From assembly GCA_963813105.1 (NCBI GenBank), contig CAWEXT010000003.1:31790-95789 (forward strand): a stretch of 64,000 nt of DNA. Direction: 5' to 3'. Under the pieces are notes generated by a model. That model had not been told where the DNA came from, made no database searches, and saw only the letters and a list, made by a program, of their open reading frames with translations. The stretch is from an uncultured Simkaniaceae bacterium. GTDB taxonomy: Bacteria > Chlamydiota > Chlamydiia > Chlamydiales > Rhabdochlamydiaceae. Both the position numbers and the translations under genes were made by a program. Each line of letters begins with the position of its first letter. Within the stretch, counting starts at the first letter, position 1. Positions 1-8,887 of the stretch are shown here, one piece after another.

Positions 1-750
1 ACCGCATGTGCGATTGCCGGCCTCGCTGGAATCGCTGTTTGGGAATATGTGCAGTTGGCGCAGGCCAAGAATTTCCATCCTGATTCAAAGTTGATGATCG
101 TCGTTACAGTCGTCGAGGTATTCGCCTTTTATTTTGCCCAGCGGCACCTGGTATTTCCTCTGCTCCCTCTTATGGTTCTATTCATCGGGGTGATCGTATT
201 TTTCCTGGCGCATTTTCATCATTCCTATAAAGCGCTTGCGCAAGTGGCCATCGAACTCTTCGGCATCATCTACATCGCGATCCCACTTTGTTTCATGCTC
301 GGCATTCTCTATCCAGATGCCGATCAAGATGGGCGCTGGTGGCTAGCATATCTGATCGTGGTCACGAAAATCACCGATGTCGGCGCTTATTTCGTCGGGC
401 GTTTATGGGGAAAAAAGAAGCTTGCCCCCTTGCTTAGCCCCAAAAAAACGGTCGAGGGAGCAATCGCCGGGTTCGTTTGCGCTGTTCTTGCGAGTGTTTT
501 CTTAAGCTGGATAAGCGGCCGTTATTTAGCGGACTCTTTTGATTTGGAACTCATGCAAGCTCTTTGGCTCGGCGCTTTGATCGGCGTTTTGGCACAGATC
601 GGAGATCTTGCAGAATCTCTATTGAAGCGAGATGCTTTTGTCAAAGATAGCAATCGTCTGCCAGGTCTTGGAGGAATTTTCGATATGGTCGATTCGCTGC
701 TTCTCACGACCCCAATCATCTACTTCTATCTTTCTACACTTGCCTCATGA
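1..750 (+). CDS. cdsA: Phosphatidate cytidylyltransferase (CDP-diglyceride synthase), 5'-truncated by the window edge
   Basis: Frame 1 is open from base 1. Motifs KITDVGAYFVGRLWGKKKL..SPKKTVEGAIAGF and GDLAESLLKRD are typical of the CTP-transferase-1 family. The protein is multi-pass hydrophobic. The stop overlaps the cmk ATG (ATGA). Confidence 0.9.
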   Translation, partial: TACAIAGLAGIAVWEYVQLAQAKNFHPDSKLMIVVTVVEVFAFYFAQRHLVFPLLPLMVLFIGVIVFFLAHFHHSYKALAQVAIELFGIIYIAIPLCFMLGILYPDADQDGRWWLAYLIVVTKITDVGAYFVGRLWGKKKLAPLLSPKKTVEGAIAGFVCAVLASVFLSWISGRYLADSFDLELMQALWLGALIGVLAQIGDLAESLLKRDAFVKDSNRLPGLGGIFDMVDSLLLTTPIIYFYLSTLAS

Positions 751-1409
751 TCATCACTATCGACGGTCCTTCTGGAACGGGTAAATCTACTGTAGCGAAA
801 AAAGTGGCCGAGGCATTGGGCTTTTCTTTTTTCGATACCGGCGCCATGTATCGCGCTGTGACACTCTTCATGCTGAAGAAAAATATCCCTATCAAGGATC
901 TGAAAGCTATCGAACATCTATTGGAGAATTTCGCCTTTCGGATCGAAGAGAAGAACGGAAAAAAACGGTATTTTGTCGGAAGCGAAGATGTCACAGAGAC
1001 GATCCGCTCTAGAGAAGTCACTTCTCATGTATCGGCGGTCTCAGCGATTCCCATCGTCAGGCAAAAAATATGGGGCATCCAACGCCGTTTTGGCGAGCAG
1101 ATGGACGGCGTATTTGAAGGTAGAGATATGGGATCGACCGTATTTCCGACGGCCGATCTTAAAATCTACCTCACGGCGCGTCCAGAAATTCGAGCTGAAA
1201 GACGCTTTAAGGAACTGGAAAAAACCGGAACATGGCCACCCGGTCTAACCCATGAAGAGATTCTCAAAGAAATCATGGCACGCGATGAGGCCGATTCGAC
1301 AAGAGAGCTCTCCCCCCTTAAAAAGCCCTCGGATGCCGTTGAAATCGATACTTCGGATCTCACCCTTGATCAAGTCGTGAAAAAGATCCTTACTTTGGTG
1401 AAACTGTAA
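747..1409 (+). CDS. cmk: Cytidylate kinase
   Basis: N-terminal P-loop IDGPSGTGKST followed by FDTGAMYRA. Length 220 aa. Start overlaps the cdsA stop. Confidence 0.9.
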   Translation: MIITIDGPSGTGKSTVAKKVAEALGFSFFDTGAMYRAVTLFMLKKNIPIKDLKAIEHLLENFAFRIEEKNGKKRYFVGSEDVTETIRSREVTSHVSAVSAIPIVRQKIWGIQRRFGEQMDGVFEGRDMGSTVFPTADLKIYLTARPEIRAERRFKELEKTGTWPPGLTHEEILKEIMARDEADSTRELSPLKKPSDAVEIDTSDLTLDQVVKKILTLVKL

Positions 1410-2041
1410 TGCTCTATTGGATCGTTATCCGCTCAGCCCGTTTTCTTGCTAAGGTTTTTTATCGGCTTAAGATTTACGGAAGGGAGCATATTCTTCCTGG
1501 CTCGGCGATTCTAGCGTCCAATCATGCTTCTTTCCTCGATCCTCCTATACTCTCTGTTTCATGCCCCGAGGATGTCTATTTTCTTGCTCGCAAGACGCTT
1601 TTTCGTGGATTGTTCGGCAAATTCATTTACGCGCTAAATGCCAGACCTGTCAGCGCTGGATCGGCCAACCTCGAAGTATTTCGGCAAATCGCCGCGCTTT
1701 TGGGAGAAGGAAAAAAGGTGATCCTTTTTCCCGAGGGTACTCGCAGCACCGATGGTAAGCTTGGCGAATTTAAGCCCGGGATATTCTTGCTTTTTCATCG
1801 TACTGGCTGTGCTGTGCAACCTGCCTATATTGCAGGTACCGATACTATTTGGGGACGTACAAGAAAACTACCCAAGCTATTTGGAAAAACGGCCTGTGTT
1901 TTTGGAACCGCTATCCTATGGGATAGTTATGAAACGATGCCAAAAAGAGAAGCTGAAGCACAATTTTCCAAAGACCTTAGAAAGTCGATTGAAGAGTTGA
2001 AGACATGGTATGAATCGGGAGCTAAGGGGACGCCTCCATGA
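1409..2041 (+). CDS. plsC: 1-acyl-sn-glycerol-3-phosphate acyltransferase
   Basis: Acyltransferase motifs NHASFLD (HX4D) and FPEGTRS. Start overlaps the cmk stop (TAATG). Confidence 0.85.
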   Translation: MLYWIVIRSARFLAKVFYRLKIYGREHILPGSAILASNHASFLDPPILSVSCPEDVYFLARKTLFRGLFGKFIYALNARPVSAGSANLEVFRQIAALLGEGKKVILFPEGTRSTDGKLGEFKPGIFLLFHRTGCAVQPAYIAGTDTIWGRTRKLPKLFGKTACVFGTAILWDSYETMPKREAEAQFSKDLRKSIEELKTWYESGAKGTPP

Positions 2042-2654
2042 AACAGAGTAGATCTCCTTGAGACACCGAAATCGAAATCTCCTTATCTAGACATATATTC
2101 GAAAGGCTCAAGAAGCGTTTATCGAGTGTAGCGTCGTGCAATTCCCATTTTAGACCTCGTGTCGTCACTCCTTGCGCCGGACCATTGATAGGAAGAAGAG
2201 AAAGAGTTTGTCCGGGGAGAGTTTTCATCGTATTTTCTTTGCCGAGAGCAAAGACCCGTTCATTTTTGGTCCTATATTCCAAGCGTCCTGGAAAACGTGA
2301 GAGAAGCACGAGATTATACAAAGAATGATCGGTTCTTCCCCCAAGGGCGGCATATACGTGTAGAGGGCCGGATGACATCTTAAAAGCGATGTCTAAAGCG
2401 AGTTCGAGATCGGATTGATCTTTTTCTTCGGAAAAAAGATGCGTTTCGATTTTGGGAAACCGGTCGAGATCTTCTTGAGAAGTCGAATCGAAATCCCCGA
2501 CATAGATCGTCGGTTTCAATCCCAAACGATGGCAGTGTTTAAGTCCCCCGTCGACGGCGATGAGATAGGGAGTTTTTTTCAGATATTCGATCTGCTCATG
2601 CGAGAGTTCGCAAGATCCATTGGCAATTAGGCAGAGGGGCAAGTGAGAAGTCAT
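2022..2654 (-). CDS. Thiamine pyrophosphokinase
   Basis: IAVDGG..VGDFDS, DQSDLELALD and the C-terminal thiamin-binding-like GLKWEL pattern. 210 aa. Converges on and overlaps the plsC 3' end. Confidence 0.7.
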   Translation of the reverse strand: MTSHLPLCLIANGSCELSHEQIEYLKKTPYLIAVDGGLKHCHRLGLKPTIYVGDFDSTSQEDLDRFPKIETHLFSEEKDQSDLELALDIAFKMSSGPLHVYAALGGRTDHSLYNLVLLSRFPGRLEYRTKNERVFALGKENTMKTLPGQTLSLLPINGPAQGVTTRGLKWELHDATLDKRFLSLSNICLDKEISISVSQGDLLCFMEASP

Positions 2655-2750
2655 GTGGCAATGTTAGCCAGAGGCTCTTTTCTTGACAGCAGCATTTATG
2701 CGCGCTGCCCGCTCGAGAAGGTTAGTAAAAAAATCTTTGAAAAGTAGGTT

Positions 2751-2834
2751 TGCGGCCAAGATGACTCGAACATCCACCGAGTTGCCCCGACTAGAACCTG
2801 AATCTAGCGCGTCTACCAATTCCGCCATGGCCGC
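2751..2834 (-). tRNA. tRNA-Leu (anticodon CAG)
   Basis: Reverse complement reads GCGGCCA-TG-GCGGAATTGGTAGACGC-GCTAGA TTCAGGT TCTAG-long variable arm-GGATGTTCGAGTCATCT-TGGCCGC-A. It has a 7-bp acceptor stem, a CAG anticodon in a 7-nt loop, and the long variable arm typical of Leu. No CCA is encoded. Confidence 0.9.
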
Positions 2835-2969
2835 ATAGTGCGAAGATAGTATAGGTCGGATACGCCGTTTTCTTCAATCTTTCCCTCTAATGGCCCTTCC
2901 TATATAATGGCCTAATCATTTAATGAATTCTTAAGGGCGTATCGTTCTTAGGAAAGGCAGGAGGATATT

Positions 2970-3302
2970 ATGGCCGGTGAGCACATCAAGCACATAACTG
3001 AAGATTCTTTTTATAAGGATATCGAGAAAGGGCTTACCCTGGTCGATTTTTTTGCCGATTGGTGCGGTCCCTGCCGCATGCTAGCCCCTGTCCTGGAAAA
3101 AGTTGCCAAAGAACTCTCTGGGACGGCTGTCGTCGGCCATCTCGATATCGATAGTGCCCAAAAGGTTGCTTCTTCTTTCCAAGTGACTTCGATTCCTACC
3201 TTGATTCTTTTTGATAATGGCAAAGAAGTCGGCCGTCTAGTGGGTCTACGCGATCAGACAGCGATTATGTCGTTTGTCAAAAGCAAGGGCAAATCGAGCT
3301 AA
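2970..3302 (+). CDS. trxA: Thioredoxin
   Basis: WCGPC active site. 110 aa with thioredoxin-fold spacing (PTLILF..G). Confidence 0.92.
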   Translation: MAGEHIKHITEDSFYKDIEKGLTLVDFFADWCGPCRMLAPVLEKVAKELSGTAVVGHLDIDSAQKVASSFQVTSIPTLILFDNGKEVGRLVGLRDQTAIMSFVKSKGKSS

Positions 3303-3304
3303 TT

Positions 3305-5437
3305 CTACCACTGAAAGATATTCCTCAAGATCGACCAACGCGGTGGTATCGCATTGGCGCCTTGTGTCTTCCCAAGAACCCAGAGATTGTACTGTTCATT
3401 AGAAAAACCATCGTTTTTCTTAAGCTCAAGCCATAGATTTACGTAGTTCAGAAAGAGGTTCGCACCTTGGGGCATGGCATAACTAAGCGTGTCGATGCCG
3501 AGTGCAGGACAGGGATGGACAATCGTATAGCCCGGGTGCAAAACTACCCATGCAATCGCCTGTGTTTCTGATAATAAGAGCGCCTCGGCTCCGCTAGCTG
3601 GGAATTCATCACAGTTTTCTATAGATACAATAGTCTGATCAGAGAAATACATTTTTGCCAGGGCTTCATAGGAAGAGCCTTTCAGGACAGCGATCTTCAT
3701 ATGGTCGTTGCCGCTAGTGGCTTCTGGCGAGGAAAATTCTTTTTTTTGCGTTTCTTTCACGACGAAGATATTTTCCGATTCTGAATAGGGCGTTGTGAAG
3801 TAAAGCTGGGAAAGCCTTTCTTCCGTCATCGTGACAGCCGACATGCCGATATCGAATTCTCCTTGAGAAAGTTGCTCGACGAGTCTCCCAAACTCCATGG
3901 GAACTAAGACGAGCTGGCAGCCTAAATCTTGCGCGAGCTGCTGCGCAAAAGCGATGTCATAACCCGAAATTTGCCCGTGGGCATTTGTGAAGCAAAACGG
4001 AACGACGGTGGGATTGAAACCCACTTTCAGCACTTTAGTTCGAAGGATTCTCTCGAGGGGATCGCCAACTATTGCTTGTTTTTCAGGAGCCATGATCGTT
4101 TGAGACGAAGTGAATTCGATATCGTAAATGCTGGGCGTACAGTTTTGAATGATAGGCAGGGGATTGTAGGCTTTTATCGCGACTACTAGGAGAAATATCG
4201 GAGCCGCAGTGAAAAGACTTTTTCGTAAGACGCGCCCGATTTTTGGGAGCATCAGCTTGTGGCAGGAGAGTGTAATCAGGAGGGAAAGCGAAGCGATCTC
4301 CATAGCGGAGAGCATCGATTGAAACCCTGCTGTGAAGGGAAGAGTCGTCAGATAAATATTCACGGCGTCTGTTGGAAGTCCAAGTGTATCCAGAATGAAA
4401 TTCAGGGAATTGATCCAAGCGCCGAGACCCACTGCTCCTAAACTCGTAAGGAAAGCGCTGATGAAAAGCTGGATTTGTCCGGTGGCTTGAAGAGGGCTGC
4501 CGTAGAAAATCGCTATGAAAAAAATAAAAACGGTAATGAATAGAGACCCGAGCGGCATGTTGAATACAACTGAAACAGTGCCTTGGATCTGGCTTTGCAT
4601 TTGTTCATCGGTGGCGCGGAATTGTTGGATTTCTCGCTTGATGAGTTCGATGATGAACGGCAGGCAGACGATGATGACATTCGTCGTATACGCCAGTAAA
4701 AGGATCGGAAAAAGATCCCTCACCCAACGAAAAGAGCGGATATTGGTGAGAGAACTGACGATCCTGGGAAAAATCCAAAAGACAATGAGGCAAATGATCA
4801 GGATGTAGATGATGATATAGGTGCTAACCTGCTTGATGGTATCGAGTTGAATCGTGCCGACCTGATTGGCAATGATGAGAAAAGTTCCAAACGGCGTGAT
4901 GCGGCTGATCCAGGAAGTCACTCTTGTCAGAGCATCGACCAAGGAGCCCATCATCGTCATGAAGGAGCCTTTTTCTCGGATATGCATGAGTGAAATGCCG
5001 AGGACTAAACCGAAAACGACGATGGCCGGGACGACATTGTTACTAAGTGCATAAAAGATGTTTTCTGGAATGAGAATACTCGCAAAATCGATGGAAGCGG
5101 AAGAGCCTTCGATAAAGCTTGCCATCGTCGCTCCACCCCGATGGGGGAAAAGAGAAACGGAAAGATAGATCATGACGATGTTGATCGCCCAAGCAAGCGC
5201 AATGAAAAACAGCCCTTTTTTGAGGATCTGCAGCGCCTGCCCTGTATGGAGCTGCCCAATACCGTGAATGATGGCGCAGATCAAATACGGGATCGTCGTC
5301 ACCTTGAGGATCATGATGTACGCGGCAGTCCACGGCGCGAAAACGGAGCAATATTCTCCGAAGAATAGACCGGTGATAATCCCCAGAATCGTTCCGAGGA
5401 CCATTTGCCAGGTCAATGAGATTTTAAATAATTTCAT
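3305..5437 (-). CDS. Fusion protein: sodium:dicarboxylate/amino-acid symporter (DAACS/SDF-like) membrane domain plus a C-terminal type-3 periplasmic solute-binding domain
   Basis: The N-terminal ~430 aa are polytopic and GltP-like (LTWQMVLGTILGIITGLFFG.., KVTTIPYLICAIIHGI). The C-terminal ~250 aa resemble amino-acid ABC substrate-binding proteins (LKVGFNPTVVPFCF..GQISGYDIAFAQQLAQDLG..FDIGMSAVTMTEER). Single uninterrupted 710-aa ORF. Confidence 0.65.
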   Translation of the reverse strand: MKLFKISLTWQMVLGTILGIITGLFFGEYCSVFAPWTAAYIMILKVTTIPYLICAIIHGIGQLHTGQALQILKKGLFFIALAWAINIVMIYLSVSLFPHRGGATMASFIEGSSASIDFASILIPENIFYALSNNVVPAIVVFGLVLGISLMHIREKGSFMTMMGSLVDALTRVTSWISRITPFGTFLIIANQVGTIQLDTIKQVSTYIIIYILIICLIVFWIFPRIVSSLTNIRSFRWVRDLFPILLLAYTTNVIIVCLPFIIELIKREIQQFRATDEQMQSQIQGTVSVVFNMPLGSLFITVFIFFIAIFYGSPLQATGQIQLFISAFLTSLGAVGLGAWINSLNFILDTLGLPTDAVNIYLTTLPFTAGFQSMLSAMEIASLSLLITLSCHKLMLPKIGRVLRKSLFTAAPIFLLVVAIKAYNPLPIIQNCTPSIYDIEFTSSQTIMAPEKQAIVGDPLERILRTKVLKVGFNPTVVPFCFTNAHGQISGYDIAFAQQLAQDLGCQLVLVPMEFGRLVEQLSQGEFDIGMSAVTMTEERLSQLYFTTPYSESENIFVVKETQKKEFSSPEATSGNDHMKIAVLKGSSYEALAKMYFSDQTIVSIENCDEFPASGAEALLLSETQAIAWVVLHPGYTIVHPCPALGIDTLSYAMPQGANLFLNYVNLWLELKKNDGFSNEQYNLWVLGKTQGANAIPPRWSILRNIFQW

Positions 5438-5920
5438 TTTGCCAAAAGCGTATCGAAGCCCTTCTGCCTAAGGGCCTCGTATAACACTATCGAAACAGCA
5501 TTTGCGAGATTTAGGCAACCGTAATCTAGGGGGTTTTCTTTACGGATAATAGGTGCGCAAGGAATCGTATAAAAATGATCGGACCACTCTTCTCGGAAGA
5601 GCGGGGGAAGGCCGCTTGTTTCAGAGCCAAAGATCAATAGGGCATTTTCAGGATAGGAAGCTTCGGTATAGAGTTTCTCGGCGCGCCGTGAGAAAAAAAA
5701 ACGCCGGCGCACCGCTTTGCCGAAGATAACCGGGTAGATCGTCGATGACCTCGATTTGCGTAGAAGACCAATAATCGAGGCCCGCTCGTTTGAGATGTCT
5801 TTGTGCAAGACTAAAGCCAAGAGGGCGCACGAGGACGAGACTCGACTTGGTCAATGCGCAGCTACGAACGATATTCCCGGTATTTTGGGGGATCTCCGGC
5901 TGAAATAGGACGACCTTCAC
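5434..5920 (-). pseudogene. trmL: tRNA 2'-O-methyltransferase (SpoU/TrmL family), split by one frameshift in a T9 (coding-strand) homopolymer
   Basis: The N-terminal piece is MKVVLFQPEIPQNTGNIVRSCA. The C-terminal piece is LLIFGSETSGLP...LNLANAVSIVLYEALRQ. The two ORFs (5648-5920 and 5434-5820) switch frame at the A9/T9 run at 5693-5701. Confidence 0.8.
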
Positions 5921-6723
5921 TGTGCTTTTTTGTCGCTCGTCGTCTCGTTAGCAGCAGTCTGTTTTGCATCTTCTTTTTTCGTCTCGGAAGTCGCTGCAGT
6001 ATCTTTTGCAGGTTGACCATTTGCTTTAATGAGCTCGATTTCGAAGATCAAAAGAGAATTGGGAGGAAGTTGCCCCATCGTGCCATAAGCGAGATCAGGA
6101 TGGATGTAGAGGATGCGCTTTTCTCCTTCTTTCATTCCCATGAGACCCTTGCCAAAACCAGGGATAGTCTCATCGAGAACAACGAGGTCGTCTTCTTTGG
6201 AGGTGCCAAAAACTGTGCCATCGAGGAATTTGCCGGTGTAGCGAATCACAGGGCTGCAGCCTTCCTGTACGACGGCTCCTTGTCCTGGTTTCTCGACTCG
6301 ATAATGGAGTTTGCCCTTTTCGATCGTGGCAATTGTGGAGTCTTTCAGGTTCTCTTGCATGAAGCTATTGGCCTTATCGAGGTTGGCAGCTGAGAGTTCT
6401 TTAAAAGCGGCTTCACGTTTTTTCGTGATCGCCTCGATACACTCGTTATCAGTCATAGGAGAAATTTTGCCTGCTTCGGCATCTTTCAATCCCTTGATCA
6501 CGCTTGCGATATCGAAATTGACGCCGATCGATTCGATGTGTTTGGCGATGATGTGGCCAAAGGCTTCGGAGATCACAGCGATTTTTTCCGCTTGTTTGTC
6601 TTCCAAATCAACATCGAGCAATTCAACTTGCGCTTCTTCAGCAGCAGCTGCGGTGGCTGGTTCATCTGCATGGAGCCCGAAGCTCGCCATGAGCATGAAT
6701 AAAATAGAAAGATGCTTCGTCAT
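5917..6723 (-). CDS. mip: Mip-like FKBP-type peptidyl-prolyl cis-trans isomerase with signal peptide
   Basis: N-terminal hydrophobic leader. C-terminal FKBP domain (VIRYTGKFLDGTVFG...IPGFGKGLMGMKEGEKRILYIHPDLAYG...LLIFEIELI). Located between trmL and hisS, as in Chlamydia. Confidence 0.85.
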   Translation of the reverse strand: MTKHLSILFMLMASFGLHADEPATAAAAEEAQVELLDVDLEDKQAEKIAVISEAFGHIIAKHIESIGVNFDIASVIKGLKDAEAGKISPMTDNECIEAITKKREAAFKELSAANLDKANSFMQENLKDSTIATIEKGKLHYRVEKPGQGAVVQEGCSPVIRYTGKFLDGTVFGTSKEDDLVVLDETIPGFGKGLMGMKEGEKRILYIHPDLAYGTMGQLPPNSLLIFEIELIKANGQPAKDTAATSETKKEDAKQTAANETTSDKKAQ

Positions 6724-8027
6724 GAAAATCCCTTTTTTTGGATATAAAGTTTTTGGATCTGTGAAAAAAGCTCGTCGAGGAAAACGGGTTGGGATTGTCT
6801 TGTGGCCATTTCCTTGAGCATAGCTTTTTTCGATTGAAGTTCTTCATCGCCGATGACTAAGGCGTAGGTAGCCTTCGATTGATCGGCGAGTTGAAGGGCT
6901 TGTTGAAGTTTTTTGCCGAGAAGATCGATCTCCACCGGTATCCCTGCATGTCGAAGTTTTGCTCCAATATGAATGGATAGACGACGCGCCTCGTCTCCAA
7001 GACCGATAAAATACACGAACGGTCCTGCTGGAGCGGGAAAATCGACTCCTTGCCTTTGCATAGTTTGCAAGATCCTCTCGATGCCGGTTGCAAAACCGAC
7101 GGAGGGAATCTCGGGTCCACCCAGCGAAGCAATAAGACCGTCATAGCGTCCACCTCCACCAAGTGCATTTTGAGCGCCTAAGTGGCTGCTGGAAACTTCA
7201 AAAACTGTGTGGTTGTAGTAGTCCAATCCTCTGACTAAACGAGGTTGGATTTTCCAATCGAGGCCAAGATCCGAAAGAAGCTGGCAAACAGTGGTAAAAT
7301 GCTTGGCGGCAGATGGGGAAAGGAATTCTTGGATCGTGGGCGCTTTTGCAATAGCCTCTTGATCTTCAGGAGATTTCGAATCCAAAATGCGCAGGATATT
7401 TTTTTCGAAACGGATTTTGCTTTCTTCGCTTAAAGAAGGAAGATGCGTGGAGAAATAGTCGCGCAAAGCGGCTTTGTAAGCATCGCGGCTTTGTTGATCT
7501 CCCACGGTATTTACCATCACGGAGAGTTCCTTGAGACCAAGTCTTCGGTAGAGCTCGCAGGCCATATCGATGATTTCGACATCTTGCTCAGGAGAGCCGG
7601 AACCGATCATCTCGACGCCGAGTTGGTTGTGTTGCCGGTAGCGCCCTGCTTGTGGCCGTTCGTAGCGGAACATGGGCCCGATATAGAACCATTTATGCAT
7701 GGGGCCGTGGGCATAGACTTTCTTTTCGACAAAAGCGCGAATGGTGGGCGCGGTTCCTTCAGGACGCAGGGTCATGGAACGATCGCTCTTATCGAGGAAA
7801 GTATACATTTCCTTGGACACGATGTCTGAGCTTTCTCCAACGCCGCGGACAAAAAGCTCGGTCCTTTCGAAAATGGGCGTGCGGATTTCTTGGCATTGAT
7901 AATCGCGGGCCAGCGTGCGCATGACCCCCTCGATATATTGCCAATTCGAGGAAATGCGCCATCGGTCCTCTTCACGAGGCTCGAAAGGAAGAATGTCGTA
8001 AAGACCTTTAGGGATTGCGTAGTCCAT
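6720..8027 (-). CDS. hisS: Histidine--tRNA ligase
   Basis: 435 aa with class II aaRS HisRS pattern (KGLYDILP, MYTFLDKSDRSMTLRPEGT, FRYERPQAGRYRQHNQ, GGGRYDGL). Confidence 0.92.
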   Translation of the reverse strand: MDYAIPKGLYDILPFEPREEDRWRISSNWQYIEGVMRTLARDYQCQEIRTPIFERTELFVRGVGESSDIVSKEMYTFLDKSDRSMTLRPEGTAPTIRAFVEKKVYAHGPMHKWFYIGPMFRYERPQAGRYRQHNQLGVEMIGSGSPEQDVEIIDMACELYRRLGLKELSVMVNTVGDQQSRDAYKAALRDYFSTHLPSLSEESKIRFEKNILRILDSKSPEDQEAIAKAPTIQEFLSPSAAKHFTTVCQLLSDLGLDWKIQPRLVRGLDYYNHTVFEVSSSHLGAQNALGGGGRYDGLIASLGGPEIPSVGFATGIERILQTMQRQGVDFPAPAGPFVYFIGLGDEARRLSIHIGAKLRHAGIPVEIDLLGKKLQQALQLADQSKATYALVIGDEELQSKKAMLKEMATRQSQPVFLDELFSQIQKLYIQKKGFS

Positions 8028-8093
8028 TATCCGTCAAAAAGCAAAACAAGAAGATCTTATATGACTGAGGAGAAAAAGACTAGTGAGCAGAAT

Positions 8094-8705
8094 TTAAAAG
8101 AGTCCGATAATTTCATTGATTTTGCGTACCCATTCCCCAAGTTTTGACTTCTCGGGGTTCTCGAGATCTTCTTCATGAAGAGAAGAGAGAAGTTTCATGA
8201 AGGGAAACGGAATCCATTCCTGTCCAGCGTGTTCCGTCAGATAATAGCCAAGGGTGAAATCTTCCCCGGGGGGATATTTGTCGATTTCCTTGATGAGTTT
8301 TAGGATTTCGCTCGCCAATGTATCAAGATGTCCAACTTTGTCTTCGAGGCCGCTGCAATTTTCATAGACATGCTGCCATTGATGACTAAGCCTTTGTGTA
8401 TATTCGGGATTGTGGCCTTTATCTTCGGCGCGCAATTCATCAAGAAGTTTTTTGAATTCCCGCAGATCAGTTAACGCTTTATCGGTATTAATCGATGTTG
8501 TAAGTGATTTGGCTACATTGACGAAATGATCGATGAATTTTTTAAAATAAAGAGTTGCTGCAGTTAAAGCGAAAATTTTGGATTTGGGATTATTCAGTAC
8601 TTCTTCGCCGGTAGTCCGATCTTTATCTTTTTGCAATTGTGCCAGATAAAGAGGATCATTCATCCCTCCCCTTCCAAAATTATCTCGCCCGCCAATAGTA
8701 CCCAT
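8094..8705 (-). CDS. Hypothetical protein (203 aa, hydrophilic, helical-looking)
   Basis: Uninterrupted ORF in the gap between hisS and uhpC. No recognisable motif. Confidence 0.45.
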   Translation of the reverse strand: MGTIGGRDNFGRGGMNDPLYLAQLQKDKDRTTGEEVLNNPKSKIFALTAATLYFKKFIDHFVNVAKSLTTSINTDKALTDLREFKKLLDELRAEDKGHNPEYTQRLSHQWQHVYENCSGLEDKVGHLDTLASEILKLIKEIDKYPPGEDFTLGYYLTEHAGQEWIPFPFMKLLSSLHEEDLENPEKSKLGEWVRKINEIIGLF

Positions 8706-8775
8706 ATTCCTTATTGCATAGCATTCTTGATAAAATTATTTCTAATCATTCTCATACTAGGGATGGGAAAAAGGG

Positions 8776-8804
8776 TTGACGATAGATCGTTTGCCCCTTA
8801 GACT
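8776..8804 (+). promoter_or_regulatory. Candidate sigma-70-type promoter upstream of uhpC
   Basis: TTGACG (8776-8781), a 17-nt spacer, then TAGACT (8799-8804), about 85 nt upstream of the uhpC start. Sequence match only. Confidence 0.3.
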
Positions 8805-8887
8805 TTTTTCTTTCGATTTCATAAGCCGTAGTTGTTTCTTAAAGCGAGATATCCTCAGGAAAAAGACAACCTAATAAAGGTAGAAGA

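Noticed and set aside
6311-6817. 168-aa + strand ORF overlapping mip.
   Set aside because: It is antisense to a clearly identified FKBP/Mip gene and its translation is Ser/Ala-rich low complexity.
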